Translations under genes and position numbers: made by a program
In this document: piece by piece, positions 23,229 to 36,953 of the stretch
Numbering within the stretch: position 1 is the first letter of the stretch
Layout of the letters: the number at the start of each line of letters is the position of its first letter
The notes under the pieces: generated by a model
Databases searched by the model: none
Seen by the model: the letters and a program-made list of their open reading frames with translations, nothing else
What the model was told of the DNA's origin: nothing
Assembly (NCBI RefSeq): GCF_006345805.1
Contig: NC_042997.1
Location: 102,486,001-102,550,000, forward strand
Source: Octopus sinensis
Taxonomy: Eukaryota
Reading direction: 5' to 3'
Length of the DNA: 64,000 nt

Positions 23229-25290
23229 AATACAGGTGATTCTAGAGTATTTGTTATTTAATTTTTTCTTCATGACTTTGGAAGTAGTTTCTATTATATA
23301 TGACTTGGAATGCAATTGTATAGTTAGTTCTAAGTTATTGATGTCGTTTAGCATCAAGTTAGCCATGACTGAGCAGGCCTATCATCAAAAGCATTTCAGC
23401 TGTGGTCATCTCAGGTATAATTTGAGGGAGATTTAGTTTCTATTTCTAGCAACCATATAGGGAATCCCTCATTAGCTTACTTAGCTTACTTGACCATAAA
23501 TATTTGCTGCAGGTGGGATATAATAGACCACTGTCAGCATTTGTTCAATTTCACTTCTGGTAAAAGATAACTGGACATAAGCATTGACTCTTGTAATAAA
23601 TGGCTGTTTGGCATATAATGTCATTTGTTTTATAAAACTATTTTTGATTTCCAGCACACTTTGTTTCAGAATGATGCTTGATTTTGGTCAGGCTGTTTTT
23701 GACTGAACATAGCAATCTGTGTTCTCTTGTGAAGTGAAGATTTTCCTAAGTGCTTTGAAATTACTTTCTAAGACAGGAACAATGAAACCTTATGAACTCT
23801 TATAAATATCAATGAGTGTGATTTTAAGGGAATAATTATTTATATGCACAAATATGCCATGACATAAAATTTATAAAAAATTATGCCAAAAAGACAAATT
23901 TTGCCGTCAAATCAATTTTAGCTACTCCAAAAATAACAATCAGAACTATAGATGAAGACCAGGACTTGTTTAATTAATATTTTTTAATTATTATTTGGAG
24001 ACAATAAAGGACAGTGACTGTTTTTAAATGTGTCACTCAAGAAGACAGTGGAATGAAGACAATTTTGAATTTTATCCAATAATATATTTCTTTCTCTAAC
24101 CTATCACAATCAGCAACTTCCTTTTTTTATAAATAACTATTTTTTTTTATCAATAAGTCTTTCTTTTCCATTCTGCGTCTTGCTCTATTTGCCTTACATT
24201 TTTCTGTTTTGCTTTCTTTCATTACTGTCGTTTTATATGGGTTCTTTAATTTGACAAACATAACCTTTGGGAATTGAGTCTTTTATTGATTTCTTCCTGC
24301 AAGTAGGCACAAACTTCAATGTTGTTTATATGCAGTGGTATTCACTTGGCCATGTACTTGAATTAAATGATTATTTTTTGACTCTTATCTCTTCTCAAAA
24401 ACACTCATTGGCCCTATTTATCCATGTAATATAAGTAGTAGAACATGAATTCTTTTGAGGCCCGAAAGTGCAGCCCTCTGGAATATATTTGGATTTTGCA
24501 TAAAAGTATGTTTTTGATAATTACACAAGATATTAATTATTCTAATGTTATTCAGTTTTTGTAAAAATGTCTTGATATATAAAAGCAAATGTATGAATGT
24601 CCCAAGTGATAGGCCACAATTTTACACCCAAGTAATTGAAATTCTGCATAAGGATACATCATTCCACAAAGAAGGTCTTAGGCTTTGTAAGTTTTCTGAA
24701 ATGTACACCTTACAACAACAACAACAGGCATAGCCCTAAACACTGTAACAGATATTGGTAAAAAATTACTGATTAGAAAAATAATCAATTTAGTATAATT
24801 ATTTTAATTAATATAGAACTTTAAAGAAATCTTGTTATAGTTTAGGTTCTTTATCTGTTTGTTATTCTTATTGCTTGTTTATTTTTATGAAGCTCAACTT
24901 GAACACTCTTCTGAAATGCTTGGATACAGCAATTTGAATGAATTAACATTCCTAGGCCAAGTGAGAACTTCCAGCATGTTTATAAAACAATTTATCCAAA
25001 ATATAGTGAATTTGTATGATTATATATATTTTAGGTAATAAAACTAGTGACTGTATTTAGATATGGTCAGATACAGCTGCTTGCATATACATACATACAT
25101 ACATAAAAAATTTACATTTACATTTCTTACTTTAATATTCATAATTACATTTTATGCTTATATTTGATAAAATATTCTTTAATGCATCATCATTAGATTA
25201 CATTAAAATTAAATGCAGTCCCTGCTTCTAGTTTAGTGGTTGTAGTTTGTGCTTCTTGATTCATGGCTAATTCATATTTTGTTTGGTAAC

Positions 25291-25456
25291 AGGCGCAGGA
25301 GTGGCTGTGTGGTAAGAAGCTTGTTTACCAACCACATGGTTCTGGGTTCAGTCCCACTGCGTGGCACCTTGGGCAAGTGTCTTCTACTATAGCCTCGGGC
25401 TGACCAAAGCCATGTGAGTGGATTTGGTAGACGGAAACTGAAAGAAGCCCGTCGTA

Positions 25457-25514
<58 letters not shown>

Positions 25515-25740
25515 CGTGTGTGTTTGTGCATCTGTGTTTGTCCCCCTAGCATTGATTGACAACCGATGCTGGTGTGTTTATGTCCCCGTCACTTAGCGGT
25601 TCAGCAAAAGAGACCGATAGAATAAGTACTGGGCTTACAAAGAATATGTCCCGGGGTCGAGTTGCTCGATTAAAGGCAGTGCTCCAGCATGGCCGCAGTC
25701 AAATGACCGAAACAAGTAAAAGAGTAAAAGAGTAAAGAGT
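25291..25740 (+). mobile_element. tRNA-derived SINE family B with (TA)n core and (AAAGAGT)n tail
   Basis: Head GGAGTGGCTGTGTGGTAAG...GGTTCAGTCCC, core CCTTGGGCAAGTGTCTTCTAC, tail AAAAGAGT repeats. Confidence 0.85.
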
Positions 25741-25959
25741 ATATTAAGACAAAACATTGAATATTTTTTTCTACTTTGTTCTACTTAGTTTTAAATCAAC
25801 AAGCAAGAGTTAAATAACATGAAAACACACACTTAAACTGTTTTTTTTTTTTTTCTAATTAAGAACTTAAAGGACGATGAAAGAAATTGGCAATAATTTA
25901 TGTGCCTTTTCATTACGAGTAAAAGTGATGTAGTTTATGTACAAACCGAACATCTGTAG

Positions 25960-26340
25960 CTGGATGTCTGCAGAAAATGTAAAGATTGTTTAGTGTGGAA
26001 TCTGGGGAATGAGAACACAAGTAGTGAAGATGAGAGAAGGGTATGATGAGTGGGCTTGGGTAGAGGTGGTATGCAGTTAGTTCATAGGAGCAGCAGATTC
26101 CACTGAAGTGGCAAGAGGAGGTAGAGAAAAGAAACAGTGCATGAATGAACCTTATGAATAGAGTGTGTTGGTGAACAGCTACCAGTCAATTAAACAGCTT
26201 TTTGGATACAGTCTTCGATGTTCATGTGTGTAACAGCAGCTCCAACATAGACATGTAAAGTAAGTGGCACTCTAATCTAGGTCCCACAAGAACCTTTTAG
26301 AGAATCAACAACTGATTAAGGCTGAAGTATTTCCTGAAGA
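25960..26340 (-). mobile_element. Degraded CR1/L2-type LINE 3' fragment
   Basis: Weak nucleotide resemblance to the C-terminal LINE RT region. A similar relic lies at about 9560-9780(+). Confidence 0.35.
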
Positions 26341-26752
26341 AACCTGATACTGATATGCAGTTTAACAATATAGTATATTTGATATCACTGTGAGAGATCA
26401 TCAGATATTGTGAACTCTAGTATTTGTTTATAATATTTTTGTAGAATTGGGGTGGTTTAAGACTGTTTCTTTGAAAATTGTAGCAGTTGTGCTTTTTGTG
26501 TGTTGAATGTATTGGAAATTGATAAAAGAAAACTCTGTCTAAATTATTTTGCTATTTAACTGGCTTTTGAAATTTTTCTTTTGCTGATATTAATTTCATC
26601 TTAAAACTAAAACTAATTTTTTAAAGAATTAAACTTGTTCTATATATAAGCTCCTGTCCTTCTGTATCTCTCTTTTGTTCCTACCTTCAAATCTTTCCCT
26701 TTCTCTGATGTGAATACTGCAGTTTATTTAGATTTTGTCATTTTACCCATAG

Positions 26753-26906
26753 TTATTTAAACATACCGTTTGAAAAAATCAGTGCTGATCTTAGAGATGG
26801 AGAATCATCCGGGAGTATAGATATGTTGGAATCAAAACAGGATTCCGAAAATTGGAAATTTATTCAGATCTCTGATCAACAAGCCTCTAAAGAACAGATA
26901 TTTCAG
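26753..26906 (+). CDS. CEP89: CEP89 coding exon (YLNIPFEK...KEQIFQ)
   Basis: TTTTTACCCATAG acceptor, CAG|GTAAAT donor. Open frame, phase 2 to 0. Confidence 0.7.
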
Positions 26907-27306
26907 GTAAATATAAATTATTTCCATTTTGCTTATTCAAATTTCACATTTTCATAATCTCTTTCCTCCTCCTCCTCCTCCTCTTCCTTGGTGGCAGCTG
27001 TGCTAGTGGTGGCAGCAGCATCATTGTCAGTGTAGTGATGATGATGTTGATCATGGTTTATTTGGATTCCTTGCTAGAAAAGTGTTCCAGGATGTTTTGT
27101 CTGTGTTTTCCTTTATATGTAGTTATTTGTCATCCTGAATTATGGAAGGTGTCCTATATTGCTATAACTGATTCACCACTGTCATCATCATCATGTGTAT
27201 ATGTGTGTGGAAATAATATAACATAACAATATGAGTTATAATCTAAATTTTTCTTCTGGATCAAATGTTCTGTTGTGAGTAATGTATATATTTTTTCTTC
27301 TTTAAG

Positions 27307-27339
27307 GAATATCAGAAAGCAAATGAAGAAACCTTACCA
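27307..27339 (+). CDS. CEP89: CEP89 33-nt coding exon (EYQKANEETLP)
   Basis: TTTTTTCTTCTTTAAG acceptor, CCA|GTAAGA donor. Phase 0 to 0. Confidence 0.6.
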
Positions 27340-27724
27340 GTAAGAGATCATATAGCTGATTCATCATTTATGCAAAATGTGAGTTACTGAAACATCATCT
27401 ATCTAACAACTAGCATTCTGTCGGTTATGACAATGAGAGTTCCAGTTGATCCGATTAACGGAACAGCTTGCTTTTGAAATTAATGTGCAAGTGGCTGAAC
27501 ACTCCACAGACATGCACACACTTAATGTAGTTCTCGGGGAGATTCAGTGTGACACTGAATGTAATAAGGCTGGTCCTTTGAATTACAGGTACTACTCATT
27601 TTTGCCAACTGACTGGATTGGAGCAACATACATGCCGCCAAGAATTGAATTCATGACTGTGAGCTGTACACCCTAACTACTAAGCCACACACCTTCACAC
27701 CTTATCTATATTATCCTGATTCAC

Positions 27725-27967
27725 ATAGCATTTGTATGTAATCCTTAAAAGTAATTATAAAGTGAAAAAGTTAGACGTCATTGATTGGTTGAAATTGCCG
27801 AAATATAAGAAATTTAACAACAAATAGTTTACAAACTGCAGAATTTTCTCAAGAACGCCAAGAGAAAATGATGTTTTATGTGACACATTCTACCAGTATA
27901 CGAAGTTTAAAAGTGTTTGGTTACAAAAAATTATTTTTTAAATCTGCTGGTCAAAGTGAAAAGATCC
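27725..27967 (-). mobile_element. Partial copy of the TIR element at 46039-46471
   Basis: Reverse-complement similarity (GACGTCATTGATTGGTTGAAATTG ... GAAAAGATCC). Confidence 0.55.
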
Positions 27968-28196
27968 AAAAAGTTTCCCTTTGTAAATAACTGAAAATGT
28001 TTTCTAAGGCAAAACTGAATGAGTTATCTTTGGCAAAATGGAGAACATTGCTTATTTTGAATACATCACATTTCCTGTTACCGGCTGCACCTTTATTTTC
28101 TTTCTTTTGTGATTCTTTCAAATCTTTTCCTGTTTGGTTTCTATTTTCTTCTCTATTATTATTGACATTTCTTTCAAACTCTTCTTTTTTCTCTAG

Positions 28197-28296
28197 GAAT
28201 TAAGGAACAATGGTAGATTTATCAAAACAACAGATGTGACAGATTCTCATAATGAGGAAGTACAAAAGCAAATACAAGCTTTACAGAACAGTCATG
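28197..28296 (+). CDS. CEP89: CEP89 coding exon (ELRNNGRF...QALQNSH)
   Basis: CTTTTTTCTCTAG acceptor, ATG|GTAAGA donor. Phase 0 to 1. Confidence 0.75.
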
Positions 28297-28399
28297 GTAA
28301 GATATGGTTCTCAGTGATAATAGTAATACTTTGAAAACATATATTTGGCTCTGCCTGTTGTTACTCAATGGAATATTTTCGTGAATCAAATCTTATTAC

Positions 28400-29040
28400 T
28401 AAACTTGGGTGTGTGATTTAGAAGTTTGCTTTGCAATTCTGTTGTTTTGGGTTCGGTGCCACTGCATGATACCTTCGGTAAGTGTTTTCTATTATAGCTC
28501 TGAGACAATAAATGCCTGTGAAGGAATTTGGTAAGCAGAAACTGTAGAAGTGAGCTGGCAGAAATGTTAGCACGCCGGGTGAAATGCTTAGCGGTATTTC
28601 GTCTGCCGCTACATTCTGAGTTAAATTCCGCCGAGGCCGACTTTGCCTTTCATCCTTTCAGGGTCGATTAAATAAGTACCAGTTACGCTCTGAGGTCGAT
28701 ATAATCGTCTTAATCCCTTTGTCTGTCTTTGTTTGTCCCTGCTATGTTTAGTCCCTTGTGGGCAATAAAGAAATAAGAAACTGTAGAAGTCTGTTATATA
28801 TGTGTGTATGTTTGTGTGTTTGTGTATGAATGCATGTCTATGTGTTTGTGATTGTCTCCCACTACCACTTGATAAGTGGTGTTTGTTTGTTTATGTCCCC
28901 ATAACTTAGTGGTTCAGCAAAAGAGGCTGATAGAATAAGTACCAGACTTCAAAATAACTATTAGATTTGATTTGACTAAACCCCTTCAAGGAGGTGGCCC
29001 AGCTTGGCTGCAGTCCAATGAATGAAACAAGTAAATGATA
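28400..29040 (+). mobile_element. Family-B SINE containing a nested family-A SINE (28552-28775)
   Basis: 15-bp TSD AGAAACTGTAGAAGT at 28537-28551 and 28776-28790 flanks the inner SINE. Confidence 0.8.
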
Positions 29041-29397
29041 GAGGATAGAAAGAGATAGTGTGTGTGTGTGTGTGAGAACATTGTCATTGGTGGCATTAAT
29101 TTATATCTGAGTAGTTGATCTGCAGTGAGTGGTTGAGCCTCTTCAATCTGATGGGTGCATAGAGTGCTGGTGCCTGAGGTAGCCATTCAAGCCAAGAGTA
29201 GAATAGAAGGATATGTGAGGACATGCATCTTATGAAAATAGCAAAGGATTAATAGAAGTCAAGTCAATTTAATCTAGATTCAAAATATAAATTAGTAACG
29301 GACAAATTGCTTGTTTTCCTTTTACTCTTTTTCATTTCATTTTGTTCTTTTTTACTGATTTATTTATTTATTTTATTTTTTTTTTTGGAAATTACAG

Positions 29398-29525
29398 ATT
29401 CTGATAAATCTCGAATACAACAAATGAAAGCAGAGTTAAAGGATTTACGAGATTTAGTTTACAAATTAAACAGAGAACTGAGTAAATATCAAGCGAAATT
29501 TGGTTGTGCTGAAGTCCTAAAAGAA
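29398..29525 (+). CDS. CEP89: CEP89 coding exon (DSDKSRIQQMKAELKDLRDLVYKLNRELSKYQAKFGCAEVLKE)
   Basis: Phase 1 to 0. VYKLNRELSKYQAKF matches vertebrate CEP89 VHRLNVELSRYQTKF (recalled, not aligned computationally). Confidence 0.85.
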
Positions 29526-30654
29526 GTAAATTTATATTCATATTTGCATATTACATCCCAAGCTTAAATTTTCTGTAACATATATTCTTTTATTCTTTTA
29601 CTTGTTTCAGTCATGTGATTGACTGGAACGCCACCTGTATTTATCATTAAAAAATCCCATGTATGAAAATAATTGAAAACAATAAAAAAAAACTATAATA
29701 GTCATATTAGTAGATATGTTTATTTAAATAATTACTTATTATGTTATTTAATTATGACTAAACTATTTAATTGATCTTACATCTCTTGATAATAATGGAG
29801 GATCCTGAATTGTCGGTTTCCATACCAATTCAGTGACCGAGACAACATCACCCCACCCCAGCCTGAACGGGGTCATCAGAGTGAACTGGAACAAAGTAAA
29901 ATGAAGCGTTTTGCTCCAGAACTCAACTCGCAACACAGTCTCGGACACAAAACCACGATCTTGCAAGTGCAGCACCTTTATCCACGAGACCAGGTACCAT
30001 CATACATATAGATGTACATATGATGGCAAACGGAACAGTTTGTAGGACTTTCTGAATGGCATGCCTCATGAAAACTTACCATGAATTCTTTTAGTAGTGT
30101 GACCTGTGTGATGAAGATCCTTGTCTCATGTGGTCCACATCTCACTAGTGTAGTTAGAGTGTGTGCCACCCAGGGCTGCTCTTTAGTTTTCTGCCTCCGG
30201 ACCCTCACAAAAAAATACATATTGCCTACTCAAAAGTGGTGATGCTCCTTGGAAGTGCTGCCCCCTCAGCCCCCCTCTAGCTACAATAGTGCCACTTCTC
30301 AAGAAAGGTTGCCCATGCCTACTGCATAGAGTTGCACCACCTAGAAATAGAGCAAAATCTCCCTCAAACCTCAGTCTTCTATTATACAAAAAATAGGATA
30401 AATTGAATAATGTGGTCCTTATCATTGTGTCTGAAAAAAAAAAAAATACCCCAAACTCCAATGATGTGGTCATGGTTGGTATGCTTTTGATTATAGTTAT
30501 GTTCAATCAGGGCTGACTTGGCTAACCACCACCTCTACCAACAGCAACAACAACAAGCTTCTTTATTGTTCATCTCTACAAACTGTGTCAGCATAAACAC
30601 AAGATGTCCTTTGGAATAATTAGGCTTAGTTATAATTGTTTTGTTATATATTTG

Positions 30655-31077
30655 GCAAAATCATTAGCGCACCGGGCAAAATGCTTAGTGGCATTTCATT
30701 TGTCTCTACGTTCTGAGTTCAAATTCCACTGAGGTTGACTTTGCCTTTCGTCCTTTTGGGGTAAATAAAATGAGTACAAGTTGAGCACTGGAGTCAATGT
30801 AATCAACTTACCCCCTCCCCCAAACTTGTTGGCCATGTGCCAAAATTTGAAACCATTATTATTATTATGGCAGTGAGCTGGCAGAATTGTTAGCACACTG
30901 GGCGAAATGCTTAGAAGTATTTCGTCTGTCTTTATATTCTGAGTTCAAATTCCGCTGAGGTTGACTTTGCCTTCATCCTTTCAGTTGATAAATTAAGTAC
31001 CAGTTGTGTTCTGTGGTCAACCTAATCGACTGGCTCCCTTCCCCCAAATTTCAGGTCTTCTGCCTATAGCAGAAAGG

Positions 31078-31080
<3 letters not shown>
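30655..31080 (+). mobile_element. Head-to-tail pair of family-A SINEs
   Basis: Two copies, each with GTTCAAATTCC and GACTTTGCC, each ending in (ATT)n. Confidence 0.75.
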
Positions 31081-31130
<50 letters not shown>

Positions 31131-31152
31131 CATCATCATCATCATCACCACC

Positions 31153-31203
<51 letters not shown>
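31078..31203. repeat. Compound trinucleotide microsatellite (ATT)n(ATC)n(ACC)n(ATC)n
   Basis: Seen directly in the sequence. Confidence 0.95.
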
Positions 31204-32234
31204 GAGATTCTGTACAAAGTAGTAACTGATACCTTATCAATTGGAAATATTTACTAGTTTTCCTATGGTATATATTATTAATATATGAATTTTGGAATAA
31301 TATGAGAAAAGCAAAGCTAAATTTTTTTACAGAATTAATTGTTAAAAATGAAACTTATGTTTGTCTTATTTATCCTTAGTTACTACTCTTTCAGATGAAA
31401 AAAATTGAAGCAGCTAGGTCTGACTGATCAGAAGTTATGAATGATTGAAAATTGAGGTTATTTAAAGCCACAATTGTAGCTTAACACAATCTTATGAAAA
31501 ATTGCAATATTGACTTTTAGTAGGAAATCAGATTTTTCAGGGAAGAGAAATAAAGAATTTAGGATTTATTTTGCCTTTTAAAAACAGCTTGTTAGGTAAA
31601 TGAATTGGCTTTAACTAAAATGATTCATCAAAAGAAAAGCTAAGCTCATGAAAAATGATTGGGAAGTCATCATCATTATTATCATCATCATCATCATCAT
31701 CTTTTAACATCCGTTTTAAATGCTGGTATGGGTTGGACAGTTTGACTGAGGTCTGGAGAGCCAGTGGCTGCACCAGGCTCCAATCTGATCTGGCAATGTT
31801 TCTACAGCTGGATGCCCTTCCCAATGCCAATCACTCAGAGAGTGTAGTGGGTGCTTTTTATGTGCCACCAGCACAGGAGTCAGTCAGGTGGGCCTGGCAT
31901 TGGCCGCGTTCGGTTGGTGCTTTTTATGTGCCAGTAGCATATTTGATAATTAGCAGCATATGTAGTAAGTGGTACGATCCTTTTCTGGACATACTTGCAT
32001 ACTCTTGCTCTATTATATTAAGTTTATGGCTTTCTGTCTCAAAAAATAATAATAATAGGTCATAATTAAGAGGCAAAACACTAGCACTCATGCACCCCCC
32101 CCCCCCAAACACTTGTGCAAACACATATGCACATCTTCAAACATTAAAACCAGGTAAAACTTAATAAAAAAATATTTTCATTTATTTATTTTTGAAGTTG
32201 ATTATGTGTTGTTGTTGTTGTTGTTTTTATCTAG

Positions 32235-32285
32235 GGTCACAACATTGTTGGCTTACCAAATGAAGGTCCAATTCCATCGTGGCTT
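32235..32285 (+). CDS. CEP89: CEP89 coding exon (GHNIVGLPNEGPIPSWL)
   Basis: TTTTTATCTAG acceptor, CTT|GTGAGT donor. Matches the CEP89 motif GLPSKGPIPPWL. Confidence 0.88.
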
Positions 32286-32928
32286 GTGAGTAAGAAACTG
32301 CATTAAATTTTCCTTTCTTTGTTGTTAAATTTTTGGAAAATAAAATCTTAAGGACAGGCAGACCTCAGTCAGAGATGGAGTAGAGTGGGCATGTCATTGA
32401 TGAGGTTGTGATTGGTAATGAAAGGACTTTGACAAATGTAACTGATGGATTGATTGACCAAACAATTGATCAACTACATCGAATGGTTAATTGGTATATG
32501 ATTAACCAATTGACTTACAACAATAAAGAAGTGAAATTGAACCAGTGCATGTGATTACTATTTGCATAATGACTGTCTCAAGACATCTTAAGTTTATAGT
32601 AGAATAATAATGATTCTTTTTTACTGTTATTCTATACCTGAATTAAAAGATATGATTAGAGTTTCTGAAATTGTTTCAATTTTGAGCTTGTTTGATTTCT
32701 CTATGCTGTTAAAATCAAACAGTTGCAGTTAAGGTAGAAATAAAAACTGTATTTGAAGACTAAATGCCATGAAAGCTAGCATACTTTTCTAATTAAAATC
32801 AAGTTATTTTCTATATATAGAACTGTCTAGAATGAAATAGTGATAAAAGCATTGCATAGACTGGCCAGTATTAGATGTTTATCATCTTATTTCAAATATT
32901 GATTGGTAATTATTTTCTTCCTTTTCAG

Positions 32929-33012
32929 ATTAGTACCAAATACTTGTCACCTTTAATATTTGAATATGAAAAACAAACAAATCAACAAGAAAAGAATATT
33001 GCAACATACAAA
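32929..33012 (+). CDS. CEP89: CEP89 coding exon (ISTKYLSPLIFEYEKQ...ATYK)
   Basis: TTCTTCCTTTTCAG acceptor, AAA|GTAAAT donor. Matches KYLSPLLLAYED. Confidence 0.88.
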
Positions 33013-33335
33013 GTAAATTTTTAGATAAGTATCAATTTTGAAGATGATATTGCCTGTGATATTATATGATTTATTCTATAGCAAACATTACTTTATATTT
33101 TTAGAAAATTTATATTTTAGAAAATATGTAGCAGCCTCAAGCAACTAAGTTACAAGCTAAGCACCAGTCTATCTTCATAGTTAAGGGAATTTAATTATTA
33201 AATTCCAGGCAGACTACAAGGGTTTAGCTCAACATGTATATGCAATAAAATAAAGAAATAAATTATGTTAATGGCAAAAAGTTTTGAATAAATCTGATGA
33301 AATTCTCCTGTCATTATGTCCACTCCTTCAGAGCG

Positions 33336-36300
33336 TGTTGTATGAGAGTATGACACCCTCTGATGAGAATAGACCGGCCCACTACATATAAATAGTAGCA
33401 GTCTGATGTAGTTGACTGTTTGTAGTTTGGTTTTCGATGTCCGGGTACAGTTTATGGTTCAAGTTAGTGTGTTGGAAATATTGCTTATTGGTTCATAAAA
33501 GATTGTTGGTTCATTACGTGTTTGTTACTGCCACTGTTCCCATTTTTTATTTTTATAACACTCTTACAGTGTATTCTTTAACTATCGTTGACAACATCAA
33601 CCATACTATAATATTGGAGGTGTAAAGATATAACATCTGGCGACAAGGATTTTTTGAAGTTCATGTAGGTTATTTGACAATTTGTGCATCATCCAAATTT
33701 GTTTGACAATTTGTGTGTCATACAAATTAGTATGACACACAATTTGTTATATTATGGAGAACCTATTAGCTGTAGTAATGAAGCTTCAAGAGAAGCAACA
33801 GGAACAACTACAGAAGTTGCAGAAGCAAATATTGCAACAATAACAACAGTTAATTGAGATACAGTCAAGGAAGTTCAAAACTTCGGTAAACTCAATTTCT
33901 GAATTCACTTATAATTCAGAGGAGGGTATTACATTTCCTGTGTACTATCGAAGGTAGGAGGAAAATTTTAACAAAGATTGCTAGTCATGGTTGGATGAGG
34001 AGAAAGTGAGGCTATTACTACACAAGGTAGCTCTGGCCAAGCATGACTGCTACTGTAACTTTATATTGCTCAAAAAGTCAAGTGAGATTAGTTTCCAAGA
34101 AACTATTGAATTACTATCAAAGATCTTTTGTGACAAAAGTTCATCATTTAACACTTGAATGGAGTGTTGGAACTTAAGCAAACATGATGATGATGACTTT
34201 GTTATATATGCTGGAGTAGTCAACTGTATGTGTGAAAACTTGAAACTTCAGGAACTTACTCAGGATATCTTTAAATCCCTTATCTTCATACAAGGCCTTA
34301 TGGCAACCGAAGATAGAGAAATTCAGGCAAAGATTCTCTCAAAAATAGAGCAAGCGAACCAAGACTTAATTCTACAGACCATTGCAGATGAATGTCAAAC
34401 AATAGTAAACCTGAAGCATGATGTGAAAAAATTCAAGAGAAAGATTCCACAAAAATACAGATATGTCGTCCTGGAAAGTATAACCAAAAAAGAGTGCCAG
34501 GCCCCAATCCATGTTACAGATGTGGAGGCCTACACTTCAGAAAAAAATGTCCATTTAAAAACTAAAAATGCTATAATTATCATAACTTGGTCACAAGAGC
34601 TTGCACAGTGGATGAAGTTTACAAGGGTCAAACACAAAAAGCTCTAAGGTACTTTCAGCGGAAAGTGAATGCAACACAAAAACAAGAAAATTTGTATGCA
34701 TAAAAATAAATAGTGTAAATATTAAACTACGGTTGAAAACAGGTAGTAATATTTCAATCATAAATGCGGACACATGGAGAAAAAACAAAGAAACGGATGT
34801 TACATAAAACAGCGAAAATTGCGTGTGGCTTGACAGGTGATAAATTACATTTCATGAGTGAATTGTATACAGACATCACATTTCGAGGAGAAACACATGA
34901 AGCAAAAATATTCATTGTGGAGAACATAATAAATATGTTTGGTACAGACTGGTTGGAGCTATTTGACTTATGGCACCTCCCCATAAGTCTCTACTGCAAA
35001 AACATAAATGGTTGTCCTATTAAAAATAAATCGTCTGTGGAATTAAAGAGAAAAACTATAGTCAGATAGAAAAAGAAACCCTATCAATTATCTTTGTGAT
35101 GAAAAAATTTCACAATTTTCTACATGGTAGAAGTTTTCTGTTACACACAGATCATCGACCATTGGTATCAATTTATGGATCAAAGAAAGGGTTACCTACC
35201 CATACAGCAAACCAACTACAATGTTGGGGTATAATATTACTAAATTACAATTTCAAAATGTAGTATATTCCATTGAAAAAAACTGGTTGTGCAGACTGTC
35301 TATCGAGATTAATTCCCAAAAATACAGAACCACCAGAAGACACCATGATGGCTGCAATGCTAGCAGAAAATGAAATAAAAATTATTATGACTAATGTTAT
35401 CCAAGAACTGCCAATGACTGCATAGGATATAAAATTGAAATTTGTAGGTGATGAGTATATTACAAAAATGAAAGAAGCTTTAAAAAATAAGCAGAATAAA
35501 AATACAAATTCAAGTAGTCTCTCAATATGTGACAATATTCTGATGTATGCGCAAAGAGTTGTAGTATTGACTACATTACAAAAACGTATATTGCAGCGAT
35601 TCCACAGCAGAAACCTGGGAATATCCTGAATGAAAGCTCTGATGAGGAGCTATGTCTATTGGCCAACTATGGACTGGTGTATGGAAAATTTGGTGAGAAC
35701 TTGTCACGGTTGCGTGCTTGCAGCCAAAACCCTGTCTGTAAAAAATCAATTGTGGTCAAAGACTGAGAACCCATGGTCTAGGTTACATATCGACTATGCC
35801 AGACCGGTGAACAGTGATTACTATCTAATCATGGTAGATAGCTGTACAAAGTGGCCAATTGACCAACTTCTAAGACAATTATAAAGTTCCTATATGAATT
35901 GTTTGCATGAAACGGTGTTCCAGACACATTAGTTTCTGATAATGGAATGCAATTCTCTGGGTATGAATTCAAGAACTTCTGTAAGATGCATGTAATAAAG
36001 CATATTTTCACTCCACTCTACCACCTGAAGTCAAATGGGCAGGTAGAAAAATTCATGGACATGTTCAAAAGAGTGTTAAGAAAAGCTAGGAATGAATTAA
36101 GTTAAGATGAAGCACTAACAAAATTCCTAAGGATATATATATAGTGTAACCCCCAATCCAAGTACAAATTTAGGAAAGTCACCTACAGAGTTGATGTCCA
36201 TGAGAAGAATAAAATCGATTTTTGATAAGTTATTGCCAGAGAAAAAGGGATGTAAAGTAAATACAAAAAATGCAACAAAATATTTCAAAGTGGATTTTAA

Positions 36301-36893
36301 AACCTACAGAAATGGTAAACAAGGCTGGGAGGATGGCCTTGTAACCAACAAAATAGGAAGTATGATGTATCTAATTAAAGGACCATGCTGGGAACATGAG
36401 ACACATAAATCAGCTAAAGAAGAGACATATCGAAGAATGGACAGAAATTCCTATGGAAATATTTTTTTATGTATTCAATGTCCCAGCACTGAAAGCAACA
36501 GAGTCCCATAGAACCAGCACAAGAAAACGGAAGCAGACTGAATACCTTGAGATAAGGCCCAAGTGAAAAAGATACTAAAAAATAATAATAATAAATAAAA
36601 TTTCTTTATTCCTTTAGAACTCGAAATCTCAAAAGGGGAGCTCTTGTGCAAGAGTACGACACTCTCTGATGAGAATAGACGGGACCACTACATATAAACA
36701 GTAACAGTCTGATGTAGTCGGCAGCTTGTAGTTTGGTCTTTGAAGTCCATTTACAGTTTACAATTTGAGTTAGTGTGTTGGAAATATTGATTGTTGGTTC
36801 ATTATATGTTTTTTACTGCTGCTGTTTCCATTTTGTATTGTTATAACACTGTTATAGTGTATTCTTTATCTATCATTGACAATATTAACCATA
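33336..36893 (+). mobile_element. Old Ty3/gypsy provirus with two diverged LTRs, lacking RT
   Basis: LTR1 33336-33635 (TGTTGTAT..ATATAACA), PBS TGGCGAC at 33638, gag relic 34159.., protease relic ~34700-35050, RNase H C-half (YSQIEKETL, TDHRPL), integrase (YVYWP, LHIDYA, SDNGMQF, SNGQVE), PPT AAAAGGGGAG 36631-36640, LTR2 ~36642-36893 (3' truncated). Confidence 0.88.
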
Positions 36894-36953
36894 CATCATC
36901 ATCATCATCATTCTTATTCTTAATCTTCTTCTTATTATTATTATGTCTTTTAG

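Noticed and set aside
24893-24960. Possible extra CEP89 exon (AQLEHSSEMLG...)
   Set aside because: Its open frame does not fit the phase-2 junction between 19314 and 26753.
31006-31257. Poly-Ile, poly-Met and poly-His ORFs (also 25272-25596, 46726-47132, 62284-62539)
   Set aside because: They are translations of microsatellites with no splice or homology support.
31395-31417. Possible mini-exon MKKIEAAR
   Set aside because: It ends in phase 2 between two exons that already join in phase 0, and the donor is weak.
33356-33375. CTGATGAG hammerhead core in both gypsy LTRs (also at ~61390, and CTGATGAAG at 56441)
   Set aside because: No correctly placed stem II plus GAAA downstream.
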